Assembly: GCF_004010195.1 (NCBI RefSeq)
Contig: NC_057719.1
Location: forward strand, 40,546,201 to 40,584,603
Direction: 5' to 3'
Source of the DNA: Chiloscyllium plagiosum
Lineage: Eukaryota
DNA length: 38,403 nt
Shown in pieces: positions 24,231 through 34,479 of this stretch; the stretch's first letter is position 1, and each line of letters starts with the position of its first letter. A program made the position numbers and the translations under genes. Below the pieces are notes generated by a model. That model saw only the letters and a program-made list of their open reading frames with translations, was not told the origin of the DNA and searched no databases.

Positions 24231-26079
24231 TTGTTAATGAATTGTTAATTGGTTATGAATTGGTTATATAAATATGGGGAGCTAGTAGTCCCTTGGGTAT
24301 GAGTTTTATACAATTTGGTTAACTGAAATAAAGCTTTTAATAGGAATATGGCTTTGCACTTTGTTCAGAAAACATTTATCTTCTAATGCAGAATTCATGA
24401 TTTACATTTCATAAATCCATGTTGACCTTGTATAATTCCATTGGTATATCTGTATTAATCTGCTACTTTGTATCTTGTTGTGGTGTTTATAATTCAATAA
24501 GTAAAGTGCATATGAATTTGAAGTGTATTACTTGTTTTGGCAGATCTCAAAGTTTTTAAGATTGTAATATAAAACTGCATAATTTGTGAATGTCATCTGC
24601 AAAAAGAAATTTGCCAAATATTTAATAAGGGTTTTGCACATTGTTGGACTTCAGATTTGGGAACATGTTTTAGAACAATCCTAATCTTCATGGCCTAGAA
24701 ATTAGTCCATTAAATAATAAATATATTTTTACCAATAACACTTTTAAAAAAGAAATTTTATTGTCTGTAGAAAACTTGAAATTCATTGCATTAAACTTCA
24801 TTTAATGCATGTTATTTAAGTTATGATCTAACGTTTTCTTAAATTCACTGATAAACCTGTACTGAAGGATGTATTAAGAACTTGATATTAGTGCATTTCC
24901 AACTCTGAGCACATTAAACTCTTTATTGGTTTAAGAGTAGACAACATAATTGTCTATTATGAAAATAATTTACAAGCGAAATACACTCTTTCAGGCCAGG
25001 ATATAATTGCTCTCAATTGCTATCAAAGCTAAACAGAGTTATCTTAGCCAAGGGATGTGTACTTTGTAAAATTTAAATATGTAAATGTTCATTTACTAGC
25101 CTGTAATCTGATGAATCATCTTGATCAATGATGCCTGATTGATATTGTTCAGTTTCCATTCAGTTAAGTTCCAGTATCGTGCATGCCATTCCAGGACTTA
25201 CCATTGCTAACTGAAGAACAGCATATTTTATATTTTTGGTATTGACTCTGGCTTTGGGGCTGTACATTCTGCATGACAGTTCAAGCCTGATAAGCATAAT
25301 ATTTTCCAAATCCAAAATATGACCCAACCCTGTCGAGGAATGGCTTAAGAATACCCACCATCAAATTTTTATTGTGTTAGGGCAGCTCTATACATGGGAC
25401 TTAACAAGCAATTGCCTGATTTAGAGTCCAACTTTTACAACTCCGTGTGTTTGGCACGAGGAACTGTAGTTAAGTTATAAAGGTACTCTATAATTCAAAC
25501 CTACATCAAAGACATAAGCAAACTATAAGTAGTTGAGGGGAACATTCAGGAAAATTCTTGGAGTGGAAAGAATGATGTGGATTTTTTTATGTTGAATTTT
25601 GATTTTCAAGCTAATTAATCTTTTCACTCAAGTTAGGAAAGATTTAACTTGACTCTTATTGGTAATAATGGTACAGTTTATTTATTATGAGTAAGACTTG
25701 ATATGTTATTTGACAAACCATAAGCATGAGTTAGATCTCATTATGGCCAGGATAGAAGGTTGTTTTATTTTACAAATCTACCCTTATTGAAATGTACCCC
25801 AGTCACTTTGATCCAGCTGGCATGATACATGTGATAGACCTTTGTCAATCTGTCCCTTCCATGGTTTTGTCTGCTGGAATGACCTAGGCAATTTACCAAA
25901 TGCTTATACTATCTCTGCACTTGTGGATTCGCTCCTTCTACTTACCAAGCAAAGCAAATAGAGTCATACAGTCAAATAATCCTATGGAGAACAGTTTAAC
26001 CTAATCATGGATTTTGCACCCTTACTAAACTAGTCAATTACAAAAATGCCACATATTCATCATTGCCCACCTGGTCCTT

Positions 26080-26187
26080 CCAAGGAGCTTCGAAATCGAC
26101 ATTTCGGGCAAAAGCCCTTCATCAGGAAAGCCCTTCAGCACTACTAATCCAGAATGTGGTTTCCAGCATCTGCAGTCATTGTTTTTA
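26080..26187. mobile_element. Minimal PLE insertion: inverted hammerhead segment plus 3' tail, with 13-bp TSD
   Basis: ccacctggtcctt at 26067-26079 and 26188-26200. Minus strand 26127-26096 reads tcCTGATGAaGGGCttttGCCCGAAAtGTCga; the plus tail is tccagcatctgcagtc. Confidence 0.8.
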
Positions 26188-26589
26188 CCACCTGGTCCTT
26201 GTCAGTCTCCCATGATTCATGATTTTTTTTAAATGTGCCTGTACTGTTATCAATACATTAATGTCTCAGTGCCATTGCCTGGTCAAAGCATGACAGTCTT
26301 GGTGCCCCACTATCTTCTTTAGGATTGAAGACACTTGCTTTCGTCAGTGTCTGCCTGAGATGCTGACATTACTAAGAACCAATTTGTGTACTGCCCTCTC
26401 CTCACATGCCTGCACATTCCTCCTCTTCAGATATTTAGAAAATGCAGCAACTTCACAGTACAGAAAGAGGCTACTCTGCCTATCATGTCTATACTCACTG
26501 AGAAAGGAAACATCCAACCTAACCCCATTTTCGAGCACTCGGTTTTTATTCTCAATGGTTACTGTAATAGAAGTGCGCATTCAGGCATC

Positions 26590-26910
26590 CTTTTAAATGG
26601 GTTCAGGGTCTCGATTACCCGTTCAGGCAGAGAGTTGCAGACACTTTTGCAGACACTTAAGTTGGTCTCCCCTTGTCACTGACCCTTTTGCTCAGGGAAT
26701 AAGTCTTTTCTATCTCCTCAGAACCTCACACCACCGCAATTAAATCTCATGGAGGAAAATAACTCCAGACTTTGACTCTTTCATCATAGGTGCGGTTTTC
26801 TAGAGCTGGCAACACATTCATGAATCTACTTTGTAGCCCCTCTCCTGCAAGTACATGCTTTCAGAACTGTTGCAGTATTCATGTTATGGCCTAGCTAGTA
26901 TTTTACGTAG
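26590..26910 (-). mobile_element. Degenerate CR1 3' fragment
   Basis: ttcaggcagagagttgcagac, ctggcaacacattcatgaatctactttgtagcccctctcc and cagaactgttgcagtattc...ggccta, colinear with 37950-38320. Confidence 0.65.
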
Positions 26911-27487
26911 CTCCGACGAATTTCAGCCCCTCAAAAGTTGACTCCATTAATTTAACCTTAAAAAATTGTCTAAAATGTTCGACTTCTACACGAGTATAAA
27001 ACGGTATTTGATGTCAGGAATTGCCTTCATTGAAAGATTTTGACAAAGTCTGGGTTGTTTGATAACTTAAAAGCATCTCTGACCCCATCTGATTATTATT
27101 AATTGTCATGAATGAAATATTGCAGTACAGCCTTAATTCAGAAATGTCTAGCATTCAGATCAAATTGAAGATGAAAGTACCATCTAGCACAGCACAGGTT
27201 TAGATCACTGCCCTCGATGAATTTGGTTTTTCACTGCGCAATATTTGATTATGATATTTAAATGCTAGTAGATGAGGGAGCGATGAATCTCATGTTCTGT
27301 TTTATAGTATTAGTGAAGATGGAAGTGATTTGAAGTGGCGTTGGAAGTATAAGTCCTTTGTCTCAAGTTATGTTAAAGTGAAAAAGAAGCATGCTTTGAG
27401 TAACTTTGTAGCCTATTACTTTTCTATCGTTTCATTGAACTATTATGACCTCCAGGACTTGACATTGAATTTGTTTCTATTTTTCAG

Positions 27488-27956
27488 CTTTAAGTGTCCA
27501 CCATCAAGAAGATTAACAGATTTACATCCCACAGTACCGGCATAATTAAAAGCCAATAATATTGTTTTACAGAATCATCTCTTTTATTGTATACTACTAG
27601 ATGTTCCACAAAAAAAGTTTTAATATAGCAACCATTATATTTGAATAATTTCCACATTATCAGAATCAAGCAGTTTGGATCAGTGACAGTGGTCTGTGTT
27701 AGAAAGTAGAAGTTCTGTTTGAAGTCATAACCCACTGAATGTGAAGCCGTGTGTGGATAATGCAAGTCAAGACTGAACTATGTAAGGAGTTTTAACAGCA
27801 GTTTGACACTTTTTGCCCATAGTTGGGCAAAGACACAAAATAGTAGGCATTGCACTTTGAATAAAAAAAAGGTTAGGAATACTTCTTTCCACTGTGTGAT
27901 GTACTTCATGGGAATGTTCACCATCTCAGTATTTCTTTGTAAAGCAATGAAAATAA
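27488..27956 (+). other. Candidate ASPG terminal exon/3' UTR (unresolved)
   Basis: Strong acceptor ttgtttctatttttcAG at 27487, repeat-poor AT-rich sequence downstream, AATAAA at 27860 and 27952. No protein homology supports it. Confidence 0.25.
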
Positions 27957-28264
27957 AATACGCTATGCGTTTCTGCTTAGTTGATCATATTGTGCTGTGA
28001 TTTTTTTAACCATAAGTGGAAAAATCTGACCACAATGCGTAAACGTATACTAGTTTTGCTTTGTTTAGAAATACCGATCTGGAGTTATGAGCTCTCTACC
28101 TTAATTAGTTTGTACAGTTTTGGGTTATTTGTTACTTTGGTTATGTTCACACCATCTGACACTTTTGATTACCTGCAGAGACCTATTATTTGGCCTGTTG
28201 ACACTCATACCATTTGTGATCCTTTGAATTCTCTGATTATAAAGTCTGTGCCTGGGTGCTACTC

Positions 28265-28350
28265 TTTGCCTGATGAAGGGGAAACACTCTGAAAGTTTGT
28301 GATTTCAAATAAACGTGAGGGACTATAAACTAGTGTCATCTGACTTTTGA
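28265..28350 (+). repeat. Fragment of a further PLE pLTR family with a hammerhead-like core
   Basis: cCTGATGAaggggaaacactctGAAAgtttgtgatttcaaataaac...ggactataa..tagtgtc. Confidence 0.55.
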
Positions 28351-28951
28351 ACTCATACTTTCTCTAGGCATTGCTCTGCCAACCACAAGTTGGAAAAGGA
28401 CCTGGAACTTGTTCTTGTCACTGTTCTGTCTCTTTAACTCCCTCTGATTTCCTGTGATAGTGGATGAAGCAATAGCCTCCATTTTAGCTGAATCCATAGC
28501 TGGGAGTTAGTCAACTCTACCAATGGGTCTTTTTTTTAATGAGCTGGACTGCAACTAGCCTGACCGAAATAATGTCACATTCCATTGAGGCTAATCGATA
28601 TTCTGCATTTAATCCATTTATTCTTAGCATGTTCTGAGCAATATGGGCAATGATGAGATGTGTGGTAGAATTGGGCAAGATATCTCAGTGTCAAATCATC
28701 TCACTGCACCTTGCATTTTTCAAGTGGTGTGGCAGTATTCTCACTAGGCCATGTGGAGTTCCTAATTAATCGTAGAAACCCGACAGTGTGGAAGCAGGCC
28801 AGTCAGCCTATCGAGTCCAAAACCGAGATGGTGAACAGTATCCCACCTTGACACCACCCACCCACACCCGATCTCCATAACCCACATTTACCATGAGGTA
28901 GTGCTCTGCACAGTTTGTTAAACATCTTGTTGCCCTACTCACCATGACTTA

Positions 28952-29480
28952 TAGAGTCATACAGATGTATATCACAGAAGCAGACCCTTCGGTCCAACCT
29001 GTCAATGCCAATCAGACCCCATCCCAATCTAGTCCCACCTACCAGCCCCTGGCCCATATCCCTCCAAACCCTTCCTGTTCACATACCCATCCCGATGCCT
29101 TTTAAATGCTGCATTACCTAAATGTCTTTTAAATGGTGTAAATGTACCTACATCCACCACTTCCTTGGAAATTCACTCCATAAACAATCCACTCTTAAAA
29201 AAAAAATTGCTCCCATGATATTTTTTCCTCTCATTTTAAAAATATGCCCTCCAGTCTTGAAAACTCCCACCCTTGGGAAAAGACACCTGCCTTTCATCTT
29301 ATTTATATGCTTCATTATTTTATAAACCTATCAATCTCCTACACTCCTGTGGAAAAAGTCCAGCCTATCCAGCCTCTGCTCATAATCCAAAACCTCCATT
29401 CCTGGCAACAGCCTAGTAAATCTCTTTTGAACCTTATCCAGCTTAATAAATCCTTCCTATAACAGGGAGACCAGAACTGG
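28952..29480 (-). mobile_element. CR1 3' end, left part of a copy that resumes at 32361
   Basis: tagagtcatacagatgtat..cagaagcagacccttcggtccaa is colinear with 37764-38285; it stops at gggagaccagaactgg. Confidence 0.9.
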
Positions 29481-29538
29481 GTTGAAACTTTATTGCTGGA
29501 ACAGCACAGCAGGTCAGGCAGCATCCAGGGAACAGGAG

Positions 29539-29574
29539 ATTCGACGTTTCGGGCACAGGCCCTTCTTCAGGAAT
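29539..29574 (-). ncRNA. Minimal type I hammerhead ribozyme motif
   Basis: attc-CTGAAGA-a-GGGC-ctgt-GCCC-GAAA-c-GTC|gaat on the minus strand. Confidence 0.7.
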
Positions 29575-29789
29575 GAGCAGAGAGTGTTCAGCAGGAGAAG
29601 ATAAAAGGTAGGGAGGAGGGACTTGGAGGAGGGGCATTGGAAATGTGATAGGTGGAAAGAGGTCAAGGTGAGGGTGATAGGTCGGAGTAGGATGGAGGCA
29701 GAGAGGTCAAGAAGAAGACTGCAGGCCAGGAAGGCGGTGCCGGGCTGGAAGGATCCCTTTTATCTTCTCCTGCTGAACACTCTCTGCTC

Positions 29790-29825
29790 ATTCCTGAAGA
29801 AGGGCCTGTGCCCGAAACGTCGAAT
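29790..29825 (+). ncRNA. Minimal type I hammerhead ribozyme motif
   Basis: Stem I attc/gaat; CTGAAGA 29794-29800; stem II GGGC/GCCC; GAAA 29814-29817; palindromic ACGT; predicted cleavage after GTC (29821). Confidence 0.7.
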
Positions 29826-30761
29826 CTCCTGTTCCCTGGATGCTGCCTGACCTGCTGTGCTGTTCCAGCAATAAAGTTTCAACTTTGATATCCAAATGAA
29901 TCCAACAAGAACTGGACCAAGCATATGTGGTACTCATAATCTTCTTCATCCTAAGTATACGCATGATTTTACTACAACTGCTAAGTATTTCATCAGTAAT
30001 ATTTTCAGCAACATAACACAAAACATCGCAGATAAGAAAAACTGCAGCATATTAACATGCCAAATTTCCCCTAAAGTAAATGCATTAAAATTCCATCAAA
30101 TTTGACAATATTGTTATGTATTTGGCTTTAAGGGGTTAACACGTAGGGGGTTCCATACAACAGCCAAGCAGGGTGAGATCAATAGTTGTGATGTTGAGAA
30201 GATATGCTCTTCTTCATTAGGGTAAATAAAACCACAGAAAGTAGACAAAATCAAACACAAAATATTGCTGAGGAAAGGAGTGAACAAAGACAGAAATGGG
30301 AACTATTTAAATGTAAATCTATGATTCGCTCCAGTAATAATATCTAACAATATTCAATATCTAGGATCATACCAAAAGAGTACTTTGAAGTATTAAAGGG
30401 ATTTTCTGCTATCTAGTGATCTCTGAGGCATGAAGTTTCCCTTTCTTGATATGTGCAAGATCAAGACAAACACTAGGCATACAGTAACAGTGATATCACC
30501 GCAGGGAGTTGGCAGCCAATTACACTGAAGTATTCTCAAACAGCAAATCAGAAAGTAAAATGCAGTAAAATCTTCTACTCAATTAAAATTTCCACAGAGT
30601 AAATACAAATCATCAGTGATACACATGGGATTAAAGTAGCTGAAATATCATAACTTTTTTTTAAATTTGAAAAAAACATTATTGCCATAATAATGGCAAA
30701 AAAGCATCCCAGTGATATAACATTAGATTTCTATGAGTAACTATTGAGTTATTAAAATTAA

Positions 30762-31295
30762 ATTGCATTTATATAGTAACTGTTATGGCCACAGAAAGAT
30801 CCAAAATGCTTTACAGCCAATAAAGTACTTTGGAAGTACAGTCAGTGTTGACACATAGCAGGCAATTTACATGTAGCAAGCTCCCACAAAAAGAAATGCT
30901 GTACTAATTATTGAAAAAATATTGACTATGACACCTGGAACAACTTTCTCATCAGTGGTGAGGTTCTGGAACCCACGAGTTCAAAGGGTAATACAGGCAA
31001 AAACCATAATCACATTAAAACATGCGGTGGAACAGTCAATGGGTTTAGGAATCAAAATTTGGAGAGTGGGATTAGTGTGACGAGGTATTCATCGACTGGT
31101 ATGGACATAATGTGCCAGACGACTACCTTCTGTGCATGAAATCTTACTGTGTTTTCTATGTATCTATAACTCTTATTAAAAATAGTGCCATTGGCTCTTC
31201 TATGTCTACATTAGAGGACAGACAGGCCTTCACTTAGTAGGCTCTCGTCAAAAAGATAGCAGCTTAAATCTTCCAACTTCCCTCACTGGATTGGA
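30762..31295 (-). mobile_element. SacSINE1-like DeuSINE, interrupted by an old CR1 3' end (~30945-31160, +)
   Basis: ttgcatttatatag...gctttacagccaataaagtactt...agcaagctcccacaaa...aatagtgccattgg...cagacaggcct...aaagatagca is the reverse complement of the Deu domain and tail as I recall them. Confidence 0.7.
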
Positions 31296-31296
31296 A

Positions 31297-31641
31297 TGTG
31301 TTGCTGGAAAAGCGCAGCAGGTCAGGCAGCATCCAGGGAACAGGAGAATCGACGTTTCGGGCATAAACCCTTCTTCAGGAATGAGGAAAGTTTGTCCAGC
31401 AGGCTAAGATAAAAGGTAGGGAGGAGGGACTTGGGGGAGGGGCGTCGGAAATGTGATAGGTGGAAAGAGGTCAAGGTGAGGGTGATAGGCCAGACTGGGG
31501 TGGGGGCGGAGAGGTCGGGAAGAAGATTGCAGGTTAGGAAGGCGGTGCTGAGTTCGATGGATTTGACTGAGACAAGGTGGGAGGAGGGGAAATGAAATTT
31601 TCAGCTCTGATCTCCAGCATCTGCAGACCTCACTTTCTCCT
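31297..31641 (-). mobile_element. PLE pLTR of a related subfamily (minus) followed by a short plus-strand tail (31602-31641)
   Basis: Colinear with 29493-29740 but more diverged. Hammerhead core at 31349-31382(-): CTGAAGAaGGGTttatGCCCGAAAcGTCga. Tail is tgatctccagcatctgcagacctcactttctcct. Confidence 0.85.
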
Positions 31642-32065
31642 AGCCATAGTGAAGCCACACAGTGTCTAACTCAATGACTCGTCTCTGGTAAATACGAACG
31701 TTGTTGATCTCCTCTTGTGTTGAAATCAGAAACAGACATGAAGGTGACAATTGGAAGCCACCCACCCTGCACTGAGACTGAAGCCAGCCGTCTCTGGTTT
31801 GATGTTTTCAAGAAAGACCTTTATATCTGCGATGGGAAGATTTGGGTGTCAATCTTACAAGGTAATGCAACAATATCATTAAGGTAGAGATGGATTGTTT
31901 GTAGTGCCACCCCTCAGTGAAGTTGTTAATGAATAAATAGAATACATAAAGAAAGAAAGTCACATTTGTATGAACCTCAGCAAGGCTCATTACGGTCAAT
32001 GAAATTTTTTTTACTCAGCCAATGAAACAGGGCACAATAAGCTCCCACAAACAGCAATATGATAG

Positions 32066-32359
32066 TTTCTTGCAGTCTTCTGCAGTCTTCTTCTTGACCT
32101 CTCCGCCTCCGTCCTACTCCGACCTATCACCCTCACCTTGACCTCTTTCCACCTATCACATTTCCAACTCCCCTCCTCCAAGTCCCTCCTCCCTACCTTT
32201 TATCTTCTCCTGCTGAACACTCTCTGCTCATTCCTGAAGAAGGGCCTGTGCCCGAAACGTCGAATCTCCTGTTCCCTGGATGCTGCCTGACCTGCTGTGC
32301 TGTTCCAGCAATAAAGTTTCAACTTTGATCTCCAGCATCTGCAGACCTCACTTTCTCCT
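32066..32359 (+). mobile_element. PLE pLTR with 3' tail, near-identical to the copies at 29481-29895
   Basis: 32186-32319 matches 29756-29889; the upstream part matches the reverse complement of 29609-29724 with a few substitutions. Confidence 0.9.
32230..32265 (+). ncRNA. Minimal type I hammerhead ribozyme motif
   Basis: Identical to 29790-29825; predicted cleavage after 32261. Confidence 0.7.
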
Positions 32360-32360
32360 C

Positions 32361-32545
32361 AGACCAGAACTGGACACAGTACCCTAGAAGAGACCTCAAC
32401 AATGTCTTGTATGACCTCAAAGATATGAGCAATGAAGGTAAAGCCTGCTGAACGCCTTTTAGCCACCTTATCGATATGAGACGCAAACTTCAAAGAACTA
32501 TGTACCTGAACCCCTAGGTATCTCTGTTCTATAACACTGCTCAAT
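32361..32545 (-). mobile_element. CR1 fragment continuing 28952-29480
   Basis: Starts agaccagaactggacacagtac, colinear with 38273-38340; the minus ORF reads VIEQRYLGVQVHSSLK.ASHIDKVAK. Confidence 0.88.
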
Positions 32546-34479
32546 TAGGACTGATCTTAACCAGACATACCATACAAACTATGCACTGGAACAACTTGAT
32601 GTGGAAACCATTCTTAATAGGTTTACCTACTCTGAATTAGCTCCATTTAAGGCAAACAGAGCAAGACGAGATTCACCAGCACCAGCTGCATGCGAACACC
32701 ACTTTGTGAGCTATTACCAACACCTTTATTCTCCAATTCACTAGCACCAGCACCCTGCATGGATACACTGTACGGCAATGTTCATGCATCTTGCATATGT
32801 CAGTATGCCACATCATTCTAGTACAGTACTAGGTGTCCTCAGAATTTACACCATGCACGCCATTTGCATCATAATGTGTAACGTTTATGAAAGTCTGAGG
32901 GAAATAGTCCGCAGTGATGTTCATGGGGGCATCGATCAGGTTAATCAAAGACAGTCTCATATACCTGTGTTCAGCTTTGGCCAAGGTTAGATATCTGGTT
33001 GGGATGGCATTGCATGGGGGCTTGTGTCAAGTGTGGGGAGTAGGTATAGTCATCATGAAAATGTTTGTCCACCAGCCAAGGATATGAATAGATGAGGGCC
33101 ATTGCTGACTGGTCAGTAGAGAGAGTGGGCTCGAGTCACCTCATTGTCTCCATTTGCAGAAATTAAGAGGAAAGGCAGAGCTGGTGGAGATGTTCAGCAG
33201 ATAGAGTTATGGGTGTACATACACTGCATGGGTGATGGCGTGGGCAAGTGTGAAGTCTGTGATGTTTATGGAATGGATAGTTAAAAAGGTGCTGGTGATA
33301 TTGGGGCTCTCAATGGCGTGTTAACACTGACACTGAAAGCCACTGATAGTGACCACTGCTGTCGTTCCAATCATGCAAGGCATGGTTAGAGCGCGATGTT
33401 GAGAAAGACAGCTGTGAAAGCACACTCAACGGCAGAGTAAGTGAGCTGACGTGAGGGAGAGGTCTGCATTTGCAGCCATTATCAGGGAGTATGATTGGTT
33501 TGCAACAAATGGCATCCTTACAACATAGGTATGCAGGATCACTGGCTATCCTGCAGCATTGACTATCTCTTTGTGTTGCAGCTCCATCTCACTTGTCATT
33601 GTTGGTAATTCCTTCAGTTATATATCCTTTACACACAGTCAGTGTGAAAAGAGATAATGTTGAAGGGGAGGAGAGGCTAGGATGTCAGTCAGCTGATGCC
33701 ATACATGCATTACTATTCCTGATCCCAAATGTAATTGGCCCTCATTATACACCTCCAATCATTATACATTTTTAATGGCCAGGGACTGATGCTGCAAGAT
33801 GGAGTGGGTAGAACTTAAACAGGTGAGCACAACTACATGAACATTGAAAAGCAATGGTTAAAAAAATAAGCAGACTACTTACATGACATTGTTAGCCATT
33901 GCCCCATGTGCCTTTAGTCTGATTTCCTCTTCCTCTCCCTATCCTGCTGTGATGCATAAATTTACCTGGCTCAGTAGATGGGGTGAGGCAAGTGCATTAG
34001 CCCTGGGTAATTGATCAGGTGGCCACTGGGGTGTTTGGGTTTTGATGGGTCAGACATACTAAGTGTCTTGCCAGAGGCAAATTGATGCTTCTTGACTGGT
34101 ACTTCAAGCAGCGAGTGACATTCAGGGTAGTAGAGGAGGGTTCAGAACCTCTACCGTCTCCCAGATGGAGATTGTCAAATGATGTGTTTATGCCCTTCCC
34201 TTAGCTGGGTATTTCCTGGACCTGGCCTTACTGTTCGTGAGTAAGATGCACCTGGAGTACCCATCCCACTCTCACTCTCCCTTCAGTCCTGAGAACTAAT
34301 TGTGGAGTGATGGTTGTACCCATGATAGTCCTGGGCTTGTCTGTCTGTTGCAGCCACCAACATGTTCATGGATGCTGACAGGCAGCCGCAGAACTAGTTG
34401 CACTGCTGTTGAACGTTCTCACCCTCAAGCCTACTCCAGTATTCAACAAGGTCATGACCGATCTGCCACATGCCTCAGC

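Larger units (their letters stand above)
20148..24390 (+). mobile_element. Decayed Ty1/copia LTR retrotransposon, GalEa-like, with nested insertions (5' boundary approximate)
   Basis: Two homologous LTR segments (~20265-20365 vs ~24291-24390); PBS 20366-20383; gag PPLFSESESYNHWKNEVTMWTWVTSLPKRKQGMAL; protease ALLDSGCTFTVCG (~21304-21342); RT remnants (MFYWHHEGQFSG, FKYI.LDIRQ); RNase H LVVLSDASY, KKFRKVVK, QLSDCFTKR; polypurine tract 22821-22834. Confidence 0.85.
22837..24390 (+). repeat. 3' LTR of the copia element, split by an insertion at 22922-24230
   Basis: Begins TG right after gagaaaaaagggaatc and ends ...ttatcttctaatgCA; gtatgagttttat..aat.tggttaac....ataaagct is shared with 20272-20310. 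Confidence 0.75.
29481..29895. mobile_element. PLE pLTR pair in inverted orientation
   Basis: 128-bp arms 29481-29608 and 29756-29883 are exact reverse complements as far as I can read; the minus copy extends to ~29750. Confidence 0.9.

Noticed and set aside
29481..32359. Repeats as a CRISPR array or a DNA transposon with TIRs
   Set aside because: Eukaryotic context and no repeat-spacer periodicity. The hammerhead cores, 3' tail and 13-bp TSD fit Penelope-type pLTRs better.
32700..34460. Possible PIF/Harbinger transposase remnant
   Set aside because: Only faint motif echoes, on conflicting strands, with no readable frame or TIR pair. It needs a profile search.
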